From positions 192,001 to 256,000 of the forward strand of contig JBKBYA010000002.1 in assembly GCA_046313635.1 (NCBI GenBank): a DNA stretch of 64,000 nt, read 5' to 3'. The position numbers and the translations under genes are program-made. The notes beneath the pieces were generated by a model. That model was given only the letters and a program-made list of their open reading frames with translations. It did no database searches and was not told the origin of the DNA. This document shows positions 61,605 through 64,000 of the stretch, piece after piece. Every line of letters starts with the position of its first letter. The first letter of the stretch is position 1. Source of the DNA: Pyrinomonadaceae bacterium. Lineage in GTDB: Bacteria > Acidobacteriota > Blastocatellia > Pyrinomonadales > Pyrinomonadaceae.

Positions 61605-64000
61605 TTACGAGAGCGCGATCAGCATTTCGGCCGATCGAAACGTCAGGTCGTTCCGGTCCGAGACGATCCTCTGCTCGAGCTCGGCGGTGAGTCCATTCAG
61701 CAGTTTAACGGCCGATGCGTTGGCCGTGTCGGTCGCGTCGGCGGCCTCGCGTCCGAGCCACAGCCGGCAGAGTCTGATGGCCCAAGGCGCGGCGAGAAAT
61801 CGGATCGAGATCTGATGCGTCATCGTCTCGCCACGCTCGTCCGTCGCGTCGATCCACACGAGCGCGGCCGAATCCGGCGGAAAGGTTTCGACGGCCCGGC
61901 TGAGATGTTCTGCCACCGCAGCGCGCAGCTCCGCCGGCACCGGCCGCCCTATCTCGGCGTAGGCCTCGAGCATCGTCGCCATTATCTGAAAGTCCGCAGC
62001 GTCGTCCTCGATCTCGGTATCGGTATCGCCGTCGATCGACTGCCAGCCGCCGTCGGCCGGCCGGTACGAGCGCTCGAGCCAGTTGAGGGCCGAGTCGATC
62101 ATCCGGTCGCGGTCTTGCGCCGGCCAATCGAGCCCCGCGCGGCGAAGCTCGAGCAGGGCGAGGAGGCCGAGCGCCGTCGTGTAAGCGCTGTGTCGCCGCA
62201 GGTCGACCTGGTTGGCAAGCACGTTGAATCCGATCAGGTCGTCGGCGTCGGCGACGATAAAATTGCTGCCTGAGAGATACGTCATTACCGCAGCGGCACG
62301 TGCGGTCAATAGATCTCGTGTCGGTTTGTCGATATCCGAGCGCTGGAGCATCCGGCCTATCGCCGCGAGCGTCCACAGCGCGGGGTCGGCCTGCAGGTGC
62401 GGCTGGCCCGGGCGCGTGTGCCAGCCCCCGGCCGCCGGCACCCGATCGGTCACGCGCCGCGTCGACGGCGGCTTGAAGCGGTCATCCAGAGCGTCGGCCA
62501 GGAATCGCAGGTCGGAGGGTCTCAGATGGCCGCTCTTGAGCAGAGCGTACGCCGTCTGCGACGTGGACCATGTCTCGACCGGTTGGCGCCCGGCCGGATC
62601 GGACGCGAACGCCTTGCCTTCGCCGGCGGCGAGCCGCCGCTCCCACAGCAGCTCGGCATAACGCCGCGCGAAGCGGCCGGCCGCGTCGCCGGCGCGAAAC
62701 CCCGACAGGCTGGCTTGGGCAGATCGACCCGGGCCCTCAACCTCGGGCGGTACCGGCGTCGCTTCAAGCAGCGTGAGCATCACAGGGAGGACGAAAACGA
62801 GTCCCGCGGCGGCGGCAAGGGTCGAGGCAAAAAAATAGGTCGCCGAGTCGCGGTGCGAGACGAATCGATACTTTCTATTCGCGGAGCGGCCGAGCTGGCG
62901 CAGCACTTTATCTGCCAGATCGTCGCTTCCGTTTGTGAGCGCGCGGGCAAGCCGGTCGCGCGATCTCGGGATCGGGTCCCAGGGCGAACGCGGTAGTGCG
63001 GCCGCGGCGGCGTCCGGTGGACGGCCGTTCGACGAGCTCGCGGGCGGCAGCTTGGCGCGTGCGACGCTGTAGCCGTGCCGGATAAGCGCGGCGATCTCAA
63101 GATCGGTAAAGCAGTCCAGATCGGTGCGTACCGAGCAGAGCTCGTCCTGATACTCTGTGATAAGGACCGACGGGTCGTTCTCGGGGTCGATGCGATCGAG
63201 CAGGCGCAGAAAGCGAAAAGTACATTGCGGGTTCTCCTCGTCCGCCTGCTCGGCATACTTTTTTTCAAAGTCGTAGACCCGCCTGAAAAGAATATCGGCG
63301 GCCCGGATCGGCGTCGTCAGCGGCTCGAGCAAGCTGCGGCGCGGAGCAGGCTTGAATTCGACGCTCGCGTCGCTGACGATGATCTCGCGTAGGTTGACCT
63401 TTTTCGAGTCCATCAGGTCCCAGAACTTTCGCACGCCGAGGTTGTCAAAGACGCCGCCGTCGATAAGACGAAACGTGTCTTTGCCCTTTCCGCTGTGCGG
63501 CTGAAAGGGGACCGGCGGGAACATTCCCGGAAAGGCCGACGACGCGGCGACCGCAAGACCCAGCTCCTTAAGGCCGCAGCTGTAGTCGCGGTCGCCGATA
63601 TGAAAGCCCTTATAGGTAAAGCTCGCCTGCTGGCCGTCGTCGATATTGGTCGCAAGCAGGTAGAGCATCGGACGCCGGCTGCCCTTTGCGGGAGCAAGGT
63701 TCTTGAGCTTCTTTTTCTTGAATAGGGTGTGCGAGTAGTATCGGCGGAGAATGTCTGTGGTCGAGACCCGCGTCCACCAGCCGAGAGAGTTCTCGTCGAT
63801 CAGCGGCAGGCGCCTCACCGCGACCGAGATCCAGTAGAGAGGGAAATAGAGAGGTATCCGCCGCAGGATCCTGCCGCGCACGTCGAGCTTGATAAACTCG
63901 ATAAGCTCGCTCGCGGCCGAATCGAACGACGCAGTGTCGCCATTGTAACGCTCCCAATTAAGCACGAGATGGGCCGCGGCGACGCTGCCGCCCGAGACCG
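61605..64000 (-). CDS. Patatin-like phospholipase fused via a TM helix to an alpha/alpha-toroid (prenyltransferase/squalene-cyclase-like) domain; 5' end outside the window
   Basis: The frame is open to the edge and reads xVSGGSVAAAHLVLNW; LAVAASSAFPGMFPP, LIDGGVFDNLG; TM FFASTLAAAAGLVFVLPVMLTLL; C-domain HSAYTTALGLLAL, ALNWL..DGGW. Confidence 0.75.
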   Translation of the reverse strand, partial: VSGGSVAAAHLVLNWERYNGDTASFDSAASELIEFIKLDVRGRILRRIPLYFPLYWISVAVRRLPLIDENSLGWWTRVSTTDILRRYYSHTLFKKKKLKNLAPAKGSRRPMLYLLATNIDDGQQASFTYKGFHIGDRDYSCGLKELGLAVAASSAFPGMFPPVPFQPHSGKGKDTFRLIDGGVFDNLGVRKFWDLMDSKKVNLREIIVSDASVEFKPAPRRSLLEPLTTPIRAADILFRRVYDFEKKYAEQADEENPQCTFRFLRLLDRIDPENDPSVLITEYQDELCSVRTDLDCFTDLEIAALIRHGYSVARAKLPPASSSNGRPPDAAAAALPRSPWDPIPRSRDRLARALTNGSDDLADKVLRQLGRSANRKYRFVSHRDSATYFFASTLAAAAGLVFVLPVMLTLLEATPVPPEVEGPGRSAQASLSGFRAGDAAGRFARRYAELLWERRLAAGEGKAFASDPAGRQPVETWSTSQTAYALLKSGHLRPSDLRFLADALDDRFKPPSTRRVTDRVPAAGGWHTRPGQPHLQADPALWTLAAIGRMLQRSDIDKPTRDLLTARAAAVMTYLSGSNFIVADADDLIGFNVLANQVDLRRHSAYTTALGLLALLELRRAGLDWPAQDRDRMIDSALNWLERSYRPADGGWQSIDGDTDTEIEDDAADFQIMATMLEAYAEIGRPVPAELRAAVAEHLSRAVETFPPDSAALVWIDATDERGETMTHQISIRFLAAPWAIRLCRLWLGREAADATDTANASAVKLLNGLTAELEQRIVSDRNDLTFRSAEMLIALS

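Overview
GC-rich bacterial chromosome segment, most consistent with Acidobacteriota (Blastocatellia/Pyrinomonadaceae-like). This is inferred from the Oar-like TonB-dependent receptor, the C-terminal PTAA-carboxypeptidase-regulatory-like domain and the repeat style. Recognisable genes: bshC, mutL, zwf-pgl, phoH-ybeY, a CorC/HlyC protein, atpD-atpC, a 1-Cys peroxiredoxin, a SpeY/deoxyhypusine-synthase-like enzyme, YraN, an acyl-CoA mutase large subunit, a sigma54 activator and lptD. Accessory content: two giant secreted repeat proteins and two tandem patatin-like genes, the second cut by the window edge. Main highlights: (1) a ROK-repressed uptake/catabolic operon (TonB receptor, unannotated 47-aa membrane peptide, Na+:solute symporter, exported PIG-L/LmbE amidase, divergent argininosuccinate-lyase-family enzyme) with a shared 21-bp operator, close to bshC; (2) an unannotated Phe/Tyr leader-peptide attenuator controlling chorismate mutase, prephenate dehydratase and DAHP synthase, the last two lacking allosteric domains; (3) palindromic 7-mer and 9-mer microrepeat elements at gene junctions plus REP-like hairpin clusters; (4) sigma54 promoters ahead of small stress genes. 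No rRNA, tRNA, CRISPR array, integrase or transposase was found. All calls are by eye and no searches were run.
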